From contig LSRY02000006.1 in NCBI GenBank assembly GCA_001643675.2, positions 806,001 through 870,000 on the forward strand: a stretch of 64,000 nucleotides of DNA, written 5' to 3'. The stretch is from Monocercomonoides exilis PA203. Its lineage: Eukaryota; Protista; Preaxostyla. Below are positions 1-13,600 of this stretch, piece by piece (positions within the stretch are counted from its first letter, which is position 1; every line of letters starts with the position of its first letter). Both the position numbers and the translations under genes were made by a program. Below the pieces are notes generated by a model, which was given only the letters and a program-made list of their open reading frames with translations, was not told the origin of the DNA and did not search any database.

Positions 1-2330
1 TCTATAACAAAATTGCAAGAAATAAATAAAAAGACAGACTTTGTTCGTTTTTTTAAACAGTTGCAACTGTTACTTGAATGTAATGGGTTGCAATCTACAT
101 TTTGTGACAAATATCCGATATTAAATTAAAATAAATCTGATTTAGGTTTTCTTTTCCCCTTTCATTTGAATTATATCTTATGGTGAAATTCCAACTCAAT
201 ACGAACTTTAAAGTTATTGAGTGAAATAAATATTGATGAAATTTGATGAAAAATCTTGTGTATTTCGTTTTTGCAACATTTTAACTTTTGGAAAAATAAA
301 ATTATAGGTTAGACATTTTGCAACAAAAAGCAATTTTTTTCCGTGAATGGAAAAATGACTTTTTTTATGTTTTTAAAGGCAAGCGAATAAAAAAAGAATT
401 TGAGAATTATTGGTTTCATTTTGTGGATGTCGTTAATTTGAAATATGAGAAATCATTCGTACTTCAAATATGATGAAACATCTGTTTCTTCTCAATAACG
501 CCTGACCATTTACTTGTGTCAATGCGTTTCATTGAATTAATAAATTCCTCAACTTTTGATTTTTGAATTCTTTCAAGTTATAATGAATCTGTGGTGGAAG
601 TTTCATTTTTTTCATTTTTTTTTTCAAACCGTGATCAATTTTATTGGACTGAAAAATGAAAGATGATGTTTGTAAGATTCTGATATGGGTAATTATTTTT
701 GAAAACATAACTTTTTTCGGTGTTTTCATTTTTCAATGATTGTTAGTTTTTGGAAAGAGATTTTGCATTTTCAAGAAAAAAGCATCACAACAATTATAAA
801 AACTATATTTATGATTCATAAAAGATGAAGACGTTTTTAACAAGCTTTTTCACTTTTCTGTGTTCTTTTGCTGATATTCAAAGGATTTTATTCATCCGAA
901 ATTTTTGAATAAAATATTGCGATATCAATAACAATCACCCATATGATAAAAAAGTAATTTTTGTTACATACCTTTTTTAACGCTTCGACATTGAACGAAT
1001 TAAAAAATAGCTTCAAACAATTTTATGTGAGATTTTGAAAAAAAAGATAAAATGAATGTGTGTCGAAAAGCGTTGATAATTTTGAAAAATAAAAAAAAAT
1101 TGTTTGTGACAAATGGGTGATTATTTTCGAAATAACAACTATTTCGGAGTGCTTGTTATTTAATATGTTCTCTTCATTTTTTATTCATATTTTTCATTTT
1201 TATATTTTATACAAAACAATTGTGACAAAAGTTAAACCTGACATTGAAGAAATACATATAATTCTTTAATTTGTGTAATAATTTTTGAGTGCTCATGAAC
1301 GAGTATTCAAAACAAAAATCAGTTCTGTAATTTGTTTGTTGAATATACTTGAAGGAAAAAAAAACCATTTTTCAAAAATATTATAAAACAAAACAAATTT
1401 GTGAATTGATGAATTCAAAGGGGAAAAAATATTTTAAACATCAGAAAAAAGATAGAGCTGAAAAAACAAAACTTCAATAAATTACACAAATTATGTTAAT
1501 TGTGAAAACTACACTTTCGTGGCAAATCTTTCGATAACAAACAAAACATAACATTTGAATGTGAAAAAGACAAGAAAACTATTGTTGAAGTTTGGAAAAC
1601 TTACAGTCACGAAAGTGTGTGACTTTCGTCGCTTCACCTAAATTCAAAATTTTTCACAGAAATATTGAACCTTACAGAAAATTTGAAAAAAAAATTAATT
1701 AAAAAAACAAATGATTTTTTTATCATGTTTGATATTATTTTTGATGACATAAATGTTTGTTTCAAAACTTTTAGAAAAAATATCAATTCTGGATCAAATT
1801 ACTATTCCCTCCCACGAATCAACAAAAGTAAGAATATTATTGCATTATTAAGAAATATCTTCCATTCTTGTGAAATGGAGTGTGCCGGAACAAAAATTCT
1901 TATCAAGATATGAAATTTTTGTATCAATTGAATATTACACATTTGCGACTTTACAAAAAGAACGAGTCATGTATTGATAAAAAGAAATATTATTATTTTG
2001 CATTTCTTGCAAAAAAGATTATGTGTTGAAATTCTTTCTTTCTTTTTTTTTTTAATTCTAGTTTCAGAAAAAATTTTTTATTAATGAATCTTCACGTCGT
2101 GTAATATTTAAAAAAAAAACAAATCATCCGATAAGTGTGGCAGATATTTCTTCAAACTTTCGGAAAAATATGAAATGGAAAAAGAATTTTTGAAAATGCA
2201 AAATTCTCGAATAGGATTTTCATCACTTTTTCGAACAACATTCAAAGAAATTTGTGTTTGATTTTAAAATTGCTCAAATAAAATCATTAAGACAAACGGA
2301 AAAAAAAAACTGAATGTTTCAATTTGACAA
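1..2330. other. AT-rich gene-free tract, possibly containing heavily decayed coding remnants
   Basis: No ORF over ~90 aa and no spliceable gene model. Short protein-like stretches (e.g. ~820-935 KDEDVFNKLF...IHPKFLNKILRYQ) are broken by stops. Confidence 0.3.
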
Positions 2331-2379
2331 AAATAATTTGAATAAAAATATTATTTTCTCACTAAAAAATACAATTTGA

Positions 2380-2582
2380 CTGATCCTTGTTGAAATCATA
2401 TTTTCGTTCGAGTTTTGATCAAATTTTTAATCTCAATGGGATTATGGTAATAATTTTGTTTTAATGATAACAACATCATGTACATTAAGTGTTACATATT
2501 TCAACTCATTTTTTTCGAAACCCCATTGAGATTAAAATATTGATCAAAACTCGAACGAAAGTATGATTTCAAAAAGGATCAG
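2380..2582. mobile_element. Small foldback/MITE-like element: 61-bp inverted repeats (57/61 identical) around an 81-bp spacer
   Basis: 2380-2440 (ctgatccttgttgaaatcat...tctcaatggg) is the reverse complement of 2522-2582 (cccattgaga...aaaaaggatcag) with 4 mismatches. No ORF and no clear TSD. Confidence 0.6.
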
Positions 2583-3120
2583 CCATTTGATCAAAAAGTC
2601 AAATAGAAGCAAGATATTAAAAAAAAAGGATCAATCACATCTTTTAACTTCCTTTGTTCTTGACTTTGCGTTTAAAAAAAAATAATGGACAAAAATAAGC
2701 AAAGAGGATGAATGAAATGATAAAAATAATACATAAACATACTGATAATCTTTCGAATTAAAATTTAAAAAAAAAAAAAATGACAACGAGAAGATGCACA
2801 AAATGAAATTAAAAAAATGCAACTCACAAAAAAGAAATATACAAACTGATGAAGAAACACTAAAAATAAAAACTAAAATATAACATTTAACATTCATCAA
2901 AACATCTTAAAAAGATTAACATTTGTTTGTTTGCTTAACAAAAGTTCCATTTAAGAATGATCAAATTACTTCACGCAAAAAATCATTTTTTCTGGAACAA
3001 AACATTTAATAAAAGAAGATTTAAAAATAAAATTTCAATAATTAAATTGATAAAAGTTGAAACTCTTCAAAAATAAATAACTATACCAATCAAATATTAA
3101 CCTATGTTATTAATAATTAT

Positions 3121-3180
3121 GTCTTCTTCTTCTTCTTCTTTCTTTCTTTCTTTCTTTCTTTCTTCTTCTTCTTCTTCATC
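3121..3180. repeat. Compound (CTT)n/(CTTT)n microsatellite just downstream of the stop of the minus-strand gene
   Basis: Directly visible. Confidence 0.85.
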
Positions 3181-3191
3181 TTTAACTTCTA

Positions 3192-6100
3192 TCAATGCTG
3201 CTGGTTCTGAATAATAATCAACGTTTTCTGCCCAGGGTTAAGTCGAATAGGCTGCACACCGCTCTGTCCTGTTTGCGCTGTTGCTTCAACAACTCCATCA
3301 GTCGCATTTCCAAAGGAGGAACCACGCAAATGATGTGAAGAAGAAGCAGAGGAAGAAGAAGCAGAAGGAGAAAAAGAGGAAGAGGAAGAGGAAGAGGAAG
3401 CATACGAATTTGAAATCTGCGATTGCTGAGACAAATCAACAGAGACAGAAGATGACGCAGAATTAGAAGCAGAAGAAGAAGCTGAAGCAGAAGAAGAAGA
3501 CATCCAACTAAGTGAAGGACTGTCTGTTTTGATCTGCGGAATGCTCAATGGATAGAAAGGAGTGGGGAAAGATGAGAATCCCGTGGAAGACCTGACATGA
3601 AACGGAGAAATTTGCTTGTCTCCCGATGGATATGCAGCAAGCGATGAGAAGTTGCACTGTGGTTGCAATTGATTCTGCAATGGCATCTGATTTTGCAACG
3701 GCATTTGCAACGGCATTTGCAACTGCATCTGTGATTGCATCTGTGTCTGCATTTGTGACTGCAATTGGAGCTGATCTGAAAGACTCCTCTTGTGCTGCAT
3801 AAGAGCAGGTGGCGGGCTGTCCATTGAGTTTGTTCCAAGCTTTGATGGCTGCGCCGACGGGGAAGGAGGAGGAGAAGGAGAGCGCATAACAGGAGAAGGC
3901 ATCATTCCAGAAGCAGAAGAAGAAGAGGAAGAAGAGCCAAACACAGGTGGAGCGAGAGAAGGTGGAGGAGATTCAGAAATGGCAGAGCAGCTGGCAGAAG
4001 AGCTGGCGTCAAAGCGGATGGACATGCTGGCAGTAGGATCAGTGGGAACAGGGGAAAGAGGTGGAGATGGGGAATGAGGAGCATCCAGGTGTGAATCATC
4101 GGGGAGTGGAGAGTCAGAGAGCTTGGAGATGGAATACGTGAGAGAAGAAGAAGAAGAAGAAGAAGAAGATGATGATGATGATGAGGAAGAAGAAGTACCA
4201 GAAGAAGAAGAAGAAGAAGAAGGAATAGCAGCATGAGAAGAAGACGCAGAATTCACAGAAGGAAACCCAGAAACTGCAGTCGAGCCCATCAGCGGAGCAG
4301 CCGGTAAGCCCAGAAGCCTTGCTGGGTCTCTATTAGCAGCCTCTCTCTTCTGCAGCGGCGGCATTCCTGGTGCAATGGTCGTGGTGGAGACACGAGACTG
4401 TTCTGAAGAATCGTCTGGATCGCCGCTCAGCTCCTGAGACAGTTTGAGTCTTCCTGACTGAGCCAGAGGAGGAAGAGAAGCCAGTGGGGCAAGAGGAGCA
4501 AGAGGAGCCAGCGATGACTGAGGCGGAGGAGGAAGAAAAGCAGGATAGTTTCCAAACTGAGAAATGCTCTGGCCAGCCACAGAAGGCTGTGTGAGTGAGT
4601 GTGAACGAGAATGAGAGAGAATTTGAGTGGGCGAGGGCTGCCTGTATGAAGAGTGGAGAACAATCAATGGAGTTGGATTTGTAGACGCACCGTTCGAACA
4701 ACGCAAAGCAGAGGAAGGATCAGCTGCTGCTGCAACTGATGATGATGATGATGATGTGACAGTTGAATTAGCATTCGTCGCAGTTATTGTCACTGCCCCC
4801 GTGTTGTTTGAGGAAAAACGCAGATTCGCTTCCATCCTCAGATCCTCCAGCAGGCTCCGCTCGTTCTCCCTTCCTTCTTTGCAGTCCTGATGCATCTCTT
4901 CTTCACTCAACCGAAACCTCTCTTTGTTCTGCTCGTCGTCTTCCAGCTCGATTGGCGTGCTCCTCCTCAGCGCCCCAGCCACCAGCGCCTCGCTCACGTC
5001 GCTCAGAAGAGCAGGAGGGATGGTGGCGCGGTGGACAGATGGCTGAGAAAGATGGAGGGTTTCTGTGGGAGTGGCAGTGGAATTAGCATTGGCAGTGGCA
5101 GTGGCAGTGGCAGAAGGGGAAATAGTGTTGCGTGATGAGTGGATGAGGGCAGAGGAGGAGGAGGTAGAAGAAGACAATTGAGCAGATGGAGAGATAGAAG
5201 AATGACGAGAGTGTGGAGAACGAGGAGAACGAGGCGTATGAAGTGCATGTGATGGATGGGTTGAATTGAGAAGACGATTGCGAGGTGAAAGGGTGGGAGG
5301 AGGAGGCGGTGGGTATGGCGGGAGTGAAAGCTGAGGGAGAATAACAACAGCAGAAGAGCCTTGTTGTCTGTTTAACTGTGCTGGCAAAACTATTCTCTGA
5401 TGAGAAGAAGAAGAAGAAGAAGAAGAAGAAGAAGAAGATGATGATGATGATGAAGCAGGCTGCATGTTTGAAAGAGAAGAGAAAGCAGAAGGATGATACG
5501 GAGTGGGATAAGAGGGTGAAACACTTAGCGGAGCCTGATTGAGTGGCTGGCTGTTTTGAATGGAAGAAGCTGTGCTGATTGGAACAAATGCATTCTGCAC
5601 TGTTATTCTGGTGGTGCTTGAATGACGCTGATGAGCGCTAGAAATTACAGTGGAAGAAAGGGAGGAAGAGGAGGAAGAGGAAGAAGAAGGAGGAGGAAGT
5701 GGCGGAGGTGGATAAGATGGATGCATCAGTCTGCTGCCATTCCGTTGAGAATGAGATGAATGCGACAAAGAAAGAGAACTTGGATGTGCTGTAGCTGCTG
5801 CTGCTGCTGTTGCTGCTGTTGCTGTTGATATTGATGCTTCATTCATTTGCTGGTTGATATTCCTTTGGGGAAACTGAATCTGCTGTTGACCAACCTGACC
5901 AACCTGATTAACTTGTTTACTCTCTCTTCCTTGTCTTTCCTGTTTCCCTTGCTTTATTTGTCTTCCTTGTTTTCCTTGTTTACCTTTCATTCCATTCTGA
6001 CATTGTTCTCTTTGTTCTCTTCCTTCGATCTCTGTCGACTCATAACGCAGTGGCAGATACGACGTGTTGTCTGCCCTCCCGTTCAGAAGAGCAGAAACAG

Positions 6101-9100
6101 ATGGAACAGAAATGGAGCTGCGATGGTTTGCCTGCACAGCTTGTGGAGAGTCTCCAAGAGAAGCATAAGAGAAGTATGGAGGCATTGCAAGGGAGTTTTG
6201 TTGGGGTTGTTGAGGCTGTTGAATCTGTTGAATTTGATGAGTTTGTTGTGATTGCTGTGTTTGCTGTGTTGATTTAGGTAGTTGAGACAATTGAGGGAAT
6301 TGAGATAACTGAACTGGCTGAGCAGATTGAGAATATTGAGAATATCGAGTAAGGTTGGAAAAATGAGAAGAAGAAGAAGAAGAAGAAGAAGAAGAAGAAG
6401 AAGAAGAAGAAGAAGAAGAAGAATGAGAAAATTGAGAAGTTTGAACAAACTGAGCAGTAGAAGCAGCATCTGTTGCCTGGGCATAGCCTGTGATAGGGCT
6501 GAAGGCGTTGCTCAAAGGATGCTGATTGGAAGAAAAGGGAGGAAAAGAAGGAGAAGAAGAAGCGAATGATTGGAAATAAGGTTGTTGGGAAGAGTTAGAG
6601 GGAAGAGAAGGAGGAGGAGAGGCAGAGAGAGAGGAAGGAGGAGAAGAAGAAGAAGCAAATGAAGAAGAAGAAAAAGGAGGAGAAGAGGAAGAGGAAGAGG
6701 AAGAGGAAGAATATGAAGGAGAAGAAAAGCTGTTGTTTTGACTCTGATGCAGATGAAGCTGTGGCTGAATGGCGAATCTCTCAGAAGATGTTTGATGAGG
6801 AGAAGAAAGTGAATTGTAAACAGGAGAAGCGACCTGAAATGCAGAAGACAAAGAATGTGAATGACAAATTAATGTGGATGATGGCAATGCAGAAGAAGAA
6901 GAAGAAGAAGAAGAAGAAGAAGAAGAAGAAGAAGAAGAAGAAGAAGAAGAAGAGGAGGAGGAGGAGGAGGAGGAGGAGGAGGAGGAGGAGGAGGAGGAGG
7001 AGGAAGGAGGAGGAGGAAGAGAAGAAGAAGAAGATGCAAAAGAAGCAGCAGAAGCCTGAGATGAAATGTTTGTGGTTGATGGCATCGCTGTCAGCTGCTG
7101 CTGTGATTGCGATTGTGGTTGTGTCTGAAGAGCATAGGGAATGTTTTGTCTTTGAGGTGCTGCGAAGTGGAGGTGGGTGTTAAGCGAGGTGCTGGACAGA
7201 GAAGAAGAAGGATAAGGAGCAGTTGCTTCAGAGGAGCTGATTGAACTGGCTGAACTGGCTGAACTGAGACTGCTGCTGCTTGTGGTGGAAGAAGCGCTTC
7301 TGTTATCTGAATCATCATCATCATCATTTGAGTCACTAATATCATCGCTATTGTCTCTATTATCATTATTATTTCTTCTGCTGCTATTATTTCTGCTATC
7401 TCCACTATCACTGCTGCTCTCGCTGCTGCTGTATCTGCCTTCTTCTGCCTCGTTTGCTTGTCTTGCCTGTCTTGTTTGTCTCGATGTTCTTGTGGTTATG
7501 CCATTTCTGTGTGAATGAGCAGCTCTTCTGGAGTGATGTCTTCTGTGTGAATGCGACCCGAGATTCTGCATTTCGATGCTTTGTGTGGTTGATAGTGAAG
7601 AATCTGAAGTGGAAGAAGAAGAAGAAGAGGAAGAGGAAGAAGAATTTGAGAAAGAATTTGAAGAAGAAGAAGAAGAAGAAGATGATGATGATGAATGACG
7701 ATGTCTGCCTCTGTGTCGTGAAGAGCTGCCAGAGGAGCGGAGAACAGACTCAACTGGCTGATAGACAAGAGGAGTAGCTATGCGCTCTTCGTATTCGACG
7801 ATCTCATCATCGTCGGGGCAGACTGAATATGACAGAGCAAGATCAGCAATGGCTGAGCGATAGCCAACATACTCAATGATGATGAAGAGGAATGTCAAAG
7901 CTGATGGGGTAAGGAAGTTTTTTTTTTGAAATGGAATGTGTTAATGGAGAAGAGGTGGGAGAAAAAATAGATTGGAAGAAGAATTAAAAAAAGGAGGACA
8001 AATGAGAAAAGAAAGAAAAGAAAGAAAATAAAGCAAATTAAAAAATCAAATAAAAATGTTTTTTTTTAAAAAAAAGAGAAATATTTTTGCAAATTTAAAA
8101 TTCACAAACCACAAATGAATGCACTCTTGTACTTATAGATGACACAGACAAGTCTGCAGATCACATTCAGCCAAGATGTGTTTGTCCACCCCAAAACTTC
8201 TGCTGCCTCTTTGAGAAACAGATCAGCATCCCCTTCGTCATACGCCACTGATTTGTCTTTAGGCCACTTCAAAACGCCATCCGCAATCACACACAGCGCC
8301 GCTCGCACCACAAACAAGCCCAGCATCAGCGTCTGCACAATCACACTGAATACGGTGTATTTGTGCTTCTTGGCCTTCTTCTTCATCACCTCCACCCTCG
8401 CGGCGCGCCTCCGGCTCATCCGCTTCCTCCTCTCGTCAGGCGGGTAGTTGACGTCTGACGCGATGTTTGCTGGATCGTCAGGCGCAAAGGGTATTTGGAT
8501 GTCCTTCTTCTTGAGAGAGCGGATGATGGTTATGACCAAGTGAGTAAAGAACAAAACGATAATCAGAAAGCCGAGCAACAAATCAACAAGAGTCACAATA
8601 AACTCCACTGTCTCTGAATATAATTCCTTGTCAAACGTATTGAATATCGACGTTGCATTGTATTGGATTATAAAAAGCACGAATAAAAAACATTCATTTA
8701 TAAGATATCTAAATCCGGAAATCTGAGAAAAAATATAAAAAAAATAGGAAACATTAAACGTCATTTTTCACAAAAATAATATCATACTCTTCTTTTTCTT
8801 CTCTTTGTCATCCCGTTTGTTGTATTTGAAATAAGCGCCAAACTGAAAAGGCTGCAAATCAAAGAAGCAACACCCAAAGCCAGCATCGTTGCTGCTCTTT
8901 TCGTTAGTTTATTCCTTTCTGATTCAAGAATTTCAGAAACATTTTCAACATCGTAATAAGTGGACCATCTTTTGTCTTCAGTTTTGTTATATTCTCTGTA
9001 GCGACCAAACAGAAGCCAGCGAAATTCATATACCCCAAAAAATATTCCAAACATCCCAAGAAAGACGGAAAATGAAGGAAATAATGATTGTAGGGCAAGT

Positions 9101-9455
9101 GCAAAATTTACCGTGCTCCGAAATAATCCCACTTTAGACCAGCATATTACAGAAAAAAACGTATAAGCAATTGAGAGCATAACAATTCCAATAATAATGA
9201 ATGTAAGCAATGAAAGAACTCCAACAGCATCAGAAGCACCAAGCAGATTTCCACAGCCACCTTCAAATCCTAAGCATATCACAAAAAGAATTATTTCTAT
9301 TACAATAAAGCACGAAATATGCTTTTTATGCAAAACTGAAAACAAAAACTTTAATAAGAAAATTAAACGCATCAGCTCATTGACAAACGTTTTTCTTTAG
9401 AAAGTAAAGGAACGCTGCGAGAAATTGACGGATTATATACACGCGTTCCAAGCAT
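3192..9455 (-). CDS. Uncharacterised polytopic membrane protein (~8 TM helices) with a ~1550-aa Ser/Gln/Pro-rich disordered C-terminal tail; ~1978 aa; exons 9455-9389, 9335-8788, 8722-8110, 7900-3192
   Basis: ORFs 8782-9372, 8102-8764 and 3192-7898 join in frame through GT-AG introns 8787-8723 (phase 0) and 8109-7901 (phase 1). A first exon MLGTRVYNPS... joins through intron 9388-9336. Hydrophobic runs lie in the first ~420 aa. The first exon is the least certain part. Confidence 0.75.
6365..6423. repeat. (GAA)n trinucleotide run encoding poly-Ser on the minus strand
   Basis: Directly visible. Confidence 0.9.
6890..7003. repeat. Compound (GAA)n(GAG)n run encoding ~37 consecutive Ser (TCC then TCT) on the minus strand
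   Basis: Directly visible; longest pure triplet run in the window. Confidence 0.9.
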
Positions 9456-9725
9456 TGAACATGGAAATAAACTGATCTTACCATAACATCGTGCATTTCT
9501 GATTAATTGAATTGCATTTAAATGATTGTTTTCTGAAGCATTTCAGATGCTACAGAATAAATATTTGTTAATGCAGCATAGAAAAAATTAACTATGCATC
9601 AAATTTTCAGATCTTAGCCACACTTATTCATCGTAGCCCTGATATGATATGAAAACTGTAAACTTTTTCTACGAGAGAAAGAAACAAATTATCTTTGTTG
9701 TATTCTTTCAAAACATCATAAAAAA

Positions 9726-10402
9726 ATGCAGTTATTAATCTTTTTAATTTTATCATTTTCATCACTTTATTCAGAGGAAGCAATTTCACAAGTTTGTTTT
9801 TTCTACACTTATTCTCATTTCTCTAAAATGAACTTTCTGTTTATTTTAATTTTTAACTTATTCATTATAGGATGGTGCATTTTCTCCTGCGAAAAGTCAT
9901 TCATTCTTTGAAAGAAAGCAAACTGAAAAAGCCATTCAAAATTCATACACTCCTCAATCAAAGGATTCACTTCCAAAAGATGAGCTTGATAGCAGGTTTT
10001 ACACTTCTGGAAGCACTAAAACTCGCAACCGTCCACAAAATAGTGTAATTGCAAACGAGCAACGTCCAACTAGAAAAGAAAACGTGTGCCAATAATTGTT
10101 CTTTTCTTTATAATCTTAGATGTAAATTTTTTTAGAAATATGAATTCAAAACAAATTGGATTCCTTCAAATCATTACAACGTTGATAAATCGCAATTCGA
10201 ACAAAAACCAATCAAAGCTACTCCTCCAACTTGGAAACATAATGATAGTCCTCAAAAGTTTAAGGAATTTGATCCAGAAAAAGCCTTTACAAAAAGCCAG
10301 CAAGCCGTAGAAACTGTTCAAGTTGAAACTGCTGCAACGCCTTCAGATTCGTCCGAAAAACTATCACTGTCGAACAGAAGTCCTTATTTACGCTTTTTCT
10401 GA
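9726..10402 (+). CDS. Small secreted protein of unknown function, ~181 aa; exons 9726-9791, 9871-10083, 10136-10402
   Basis: Signal-peptide-like MQLLIFLILSFSSLYS. Two phase-0 GT-AG introns (9792-9870, 10084-10135) give a continuous frame ending ...SPYLRFF-TGA. Not visible as one ORF in the ORF track. Confidence 0.7.
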
Positions 10403-10650
10403 TTCTTTCACTCACTTTCTCATTTCACAAAAGTTTAACTTCTTGGCAATCTTCGCCTTCGTATTTCTTCGTTTGCAAATATAATTTGTATTAATGATAT
10501 TTTCCACTTTATTTCACTCAACAAAGAAAATTACAAAAATATTGCAAAAAATTTTGTTCAGATCCAAAAAGATCATTTTCCCAATATTCAAGCCGTTTCG
10601 AATTTTTTCCTTTTTTTGTATATTTCTCGTTAAATACAATTTGAAAGCGA

Positions 10651-13600
10651 ATGGCACTTTCATCATTCAATAAAGAAGGAAACTTATATGCAACTATATC
10701 CTCAGATCGTCGGCTTAGAATTTGGGACACACGCTCTCGTTCTCTTAAACATGAATCTCCTTTACCAAATCATTTAACTGTCGAATGCACATCACTGTCC
10801 TGGCTCGAGCAAAGCTATCAAAAATTAGTTTGTTTTTTATATTTATATATGCTATTCAATTCTTTGAATCATATTTTATGATTGCTTCTTTTTTACAAAT
10901 TTTTATGAACACTGCTTCATATTTGCTGTTTTACATTGATAGAATCAAGCATACATTGCGGTTGGAAGGATCGATGGAAGCACTTATGTTTATACATTTG
11001 GTGAAACAAAGGAGCCATCACATTATAGAAATTCTTTTTCGCAATCAAATACAGCTGTTTTAGGAGCATTTCTAAGCGGCAACGTTATTTTTATTGGAAC
11101 ATCTAATGGTGTTCTTACAGCTTTTGACTTTAAAACATGCAAGCCTCTTCGAAGTTTTTCACTTTTGCCTCAAGCTGCTCAACTTTCTTCGCTTTGCTCA
11201 CCTTCCTCAGAGTTTATTACATCTGTTTTAATGACTCCGGATTGTCGTCATGTTTTGGCAACGTATAATAATTTCTCAAATGATTTAAGTGGAGGAGGAA
11301 GCAACAAAGAGAATGTTCTCTTATGGGCATTGCCTCCAATTGACTCTCCTGTCGAAGATGATGCAATAAGAATTGCCTCATTTGTGACGTCTTCCCCATC
11401 ATTATTGGGTGGACTCAGTTGGATTGGAAGCGGCGATTATGGACAAAATCGGTATCGCAGCTCAAAAAAGCATAAGCCAAAGCCAGGAATGTGCGATCGT
11501 GTGTTTTTTGCAGCGCATGAACTGCCCTCGCGCTATCAGAGTATGGCCACCGCACTACCGCTGTGGGCGCCTGCGAAAGGAGCAAGTGATGGAGATGGAG
11601 TTGGAAGTAGGGTTCTGAGGGCAGGAAGCGGAGGGCGGAACGATTCGGCGTCTGCTTATGTGTGGAGGATAAAGAAAGAATGGCTGAAGATATCATATGT
11701 GCATTTGAAGGATAAGCTTCAACAGCCAAAAGGTTTGTATTTCATTATTATTTATTTATTTATTTATTTAACTGTGAAATGAATTTCTCTGGATTATTTT
11801 AAATAAAAAAATCCAATATTTTCAAATCAATTCCGAAATTAAAGCCACACAAACTGCACCTGTTCCGTTGCAGGACACTCTACAACACCTTCAATCAGCA
11901 GCTGCTTCACTTCCATCCAAAAGCTCTTCTTCTCTTCCCTTCACAAAGACGCCGCTGAATCCCTTCATCATCCTGAAGAGCCCGCAGCCCATCTACAGAG
12001 TCATGTCATTCACATCAGTCCCCATCGAAGGCGCTGAGTCTGGAATGCCTATTGATCTCAGCGAAGGCGAGGATACACAGCTGATGAAGCCAATTCCTGC
12101 TCTTTCAGAGACAAAATCTGCACAGACGTTAGATGTTCGTGCGGCGCTTTCTCGGTCGTCTTCATCATCATCATCGTCATTCTCTTCTTCCTCTTTTTCT
12201 CCCTTATCTTCTGCTTCTAATACAAACCCCACTAACCCATCACTTCAAAAAATCGAGTGTCTCTTTCCGATATTTGTGCTCTCTTTGCAGCTGAGGTGCT
12301 TCACATACGTCGTCGACCTGCTTTCGCAGCAGCCTCTCATTCATCTCCAGCCCCACCAGACGATTTCACTGAACAACTCTTCAAAAATTGCTTCTTCTTC
12401 TTCTTCTGGATCTTTTGTTTCGTCAGCCTCAATGCTGACACCCGAGGGAAGTGAAGCCAGTGGCATTGTGGGTGTTCTTCCTATTGAGGAAATGCATGTG
12501 CAGGAAATGAATGAAGATAATGACAAAAATGAGGAGAAGCAGAACAATGAAGCTGGGGAAGAGAAAGCAAAGGATGATGAAGAAAATGAGGAAGAAACGA
12601 GTAAAACAGAGAAGAAGAAGAAGAAGAGGAATAAAAAGAACAAAAAGGGCAAAGTGAGCAAAATCGGTATCTCGACAAACAAGTTGATGATCGCATTTGG
12701 CAATCCATTGACACCTGCTTTTGCTTCAGAACAGTTTGCGTCAATCAAAATGAAGAGCATCGAATCAATTGAATCTAATGAATCCATTGAAACTATTGAA
12801 TCTTCTTCTTCCTCTTCCTCTTCCCAACAGCTTGCAGCAGCTTCAGCATCAACAAAATCGACTCCTGTGTTCATTCTGCGCCCTTCCTTTACGCTCACTC
12901 CACGCGATGTCGATATGCTCTTCAGCGAAGAGCAGAGCATCGCCCAGCACCGCGCTGCCTCAACATTCACCACGTCACTCTCCACTTCCTCTGCGGCTCA
13001 GAAGCTGTCAATTTCTTCTTTTTCTTCTTCTTCCTCCTCTGCTTCTTCCTCTGCTTCTGCTTCAGCTGTGTCTGCTGTCTCAGCTGGCCTTGTATCTCCG
13101 TTTGTCTTTGGGATGCCCACAGCAGCGCTGGCACACCCACTGCAGTCTTCTCACTCTCTCAATCTTCCAAAACTCCCTCCCCCATTTCGCCAAGGAGCAG
13201 AAAATAAAGATGAAAAAGAAGAAGAAGAAGAAGAAGTGAAAGTTTCCACAAATAGTCTGCTTCCTGCTGCAGCCAACGGAGAGCTTCTGGACTCGACTTC
13301 TACGCCGATCAAGCACACAGTCACTTCCATCCCTTCCATCCCATCTCTTTCTTCTCTTCCTTCCTCTGCAACGTCTCGATTCTCTTTGGCATCCACGTTG
13401 CAGCAGGCGCTGGAGCAGCAGGACACGAAGACGATTCTGAATGTGCTGTCGCATTCAGACCCAACCACCATCTTTGCGACAGTCTCAGAACTTCCTGTGA
13501 AGTCAGCTGTGACTCTGCTGGGTGTGCTAATCCCAAAGGCATTGGATGTGTTCACACCGGAGGGTGCTTTGCTGGCATCGGAGAAAGGGAAGAAGCTGCA

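Noticed and set aside
6327-7183. Poly-Arg/Lys/Glu ORFs on the + strand
   Set aside because: Antisense readings of the poly-Ser microsatellites of the minus-strand gene.
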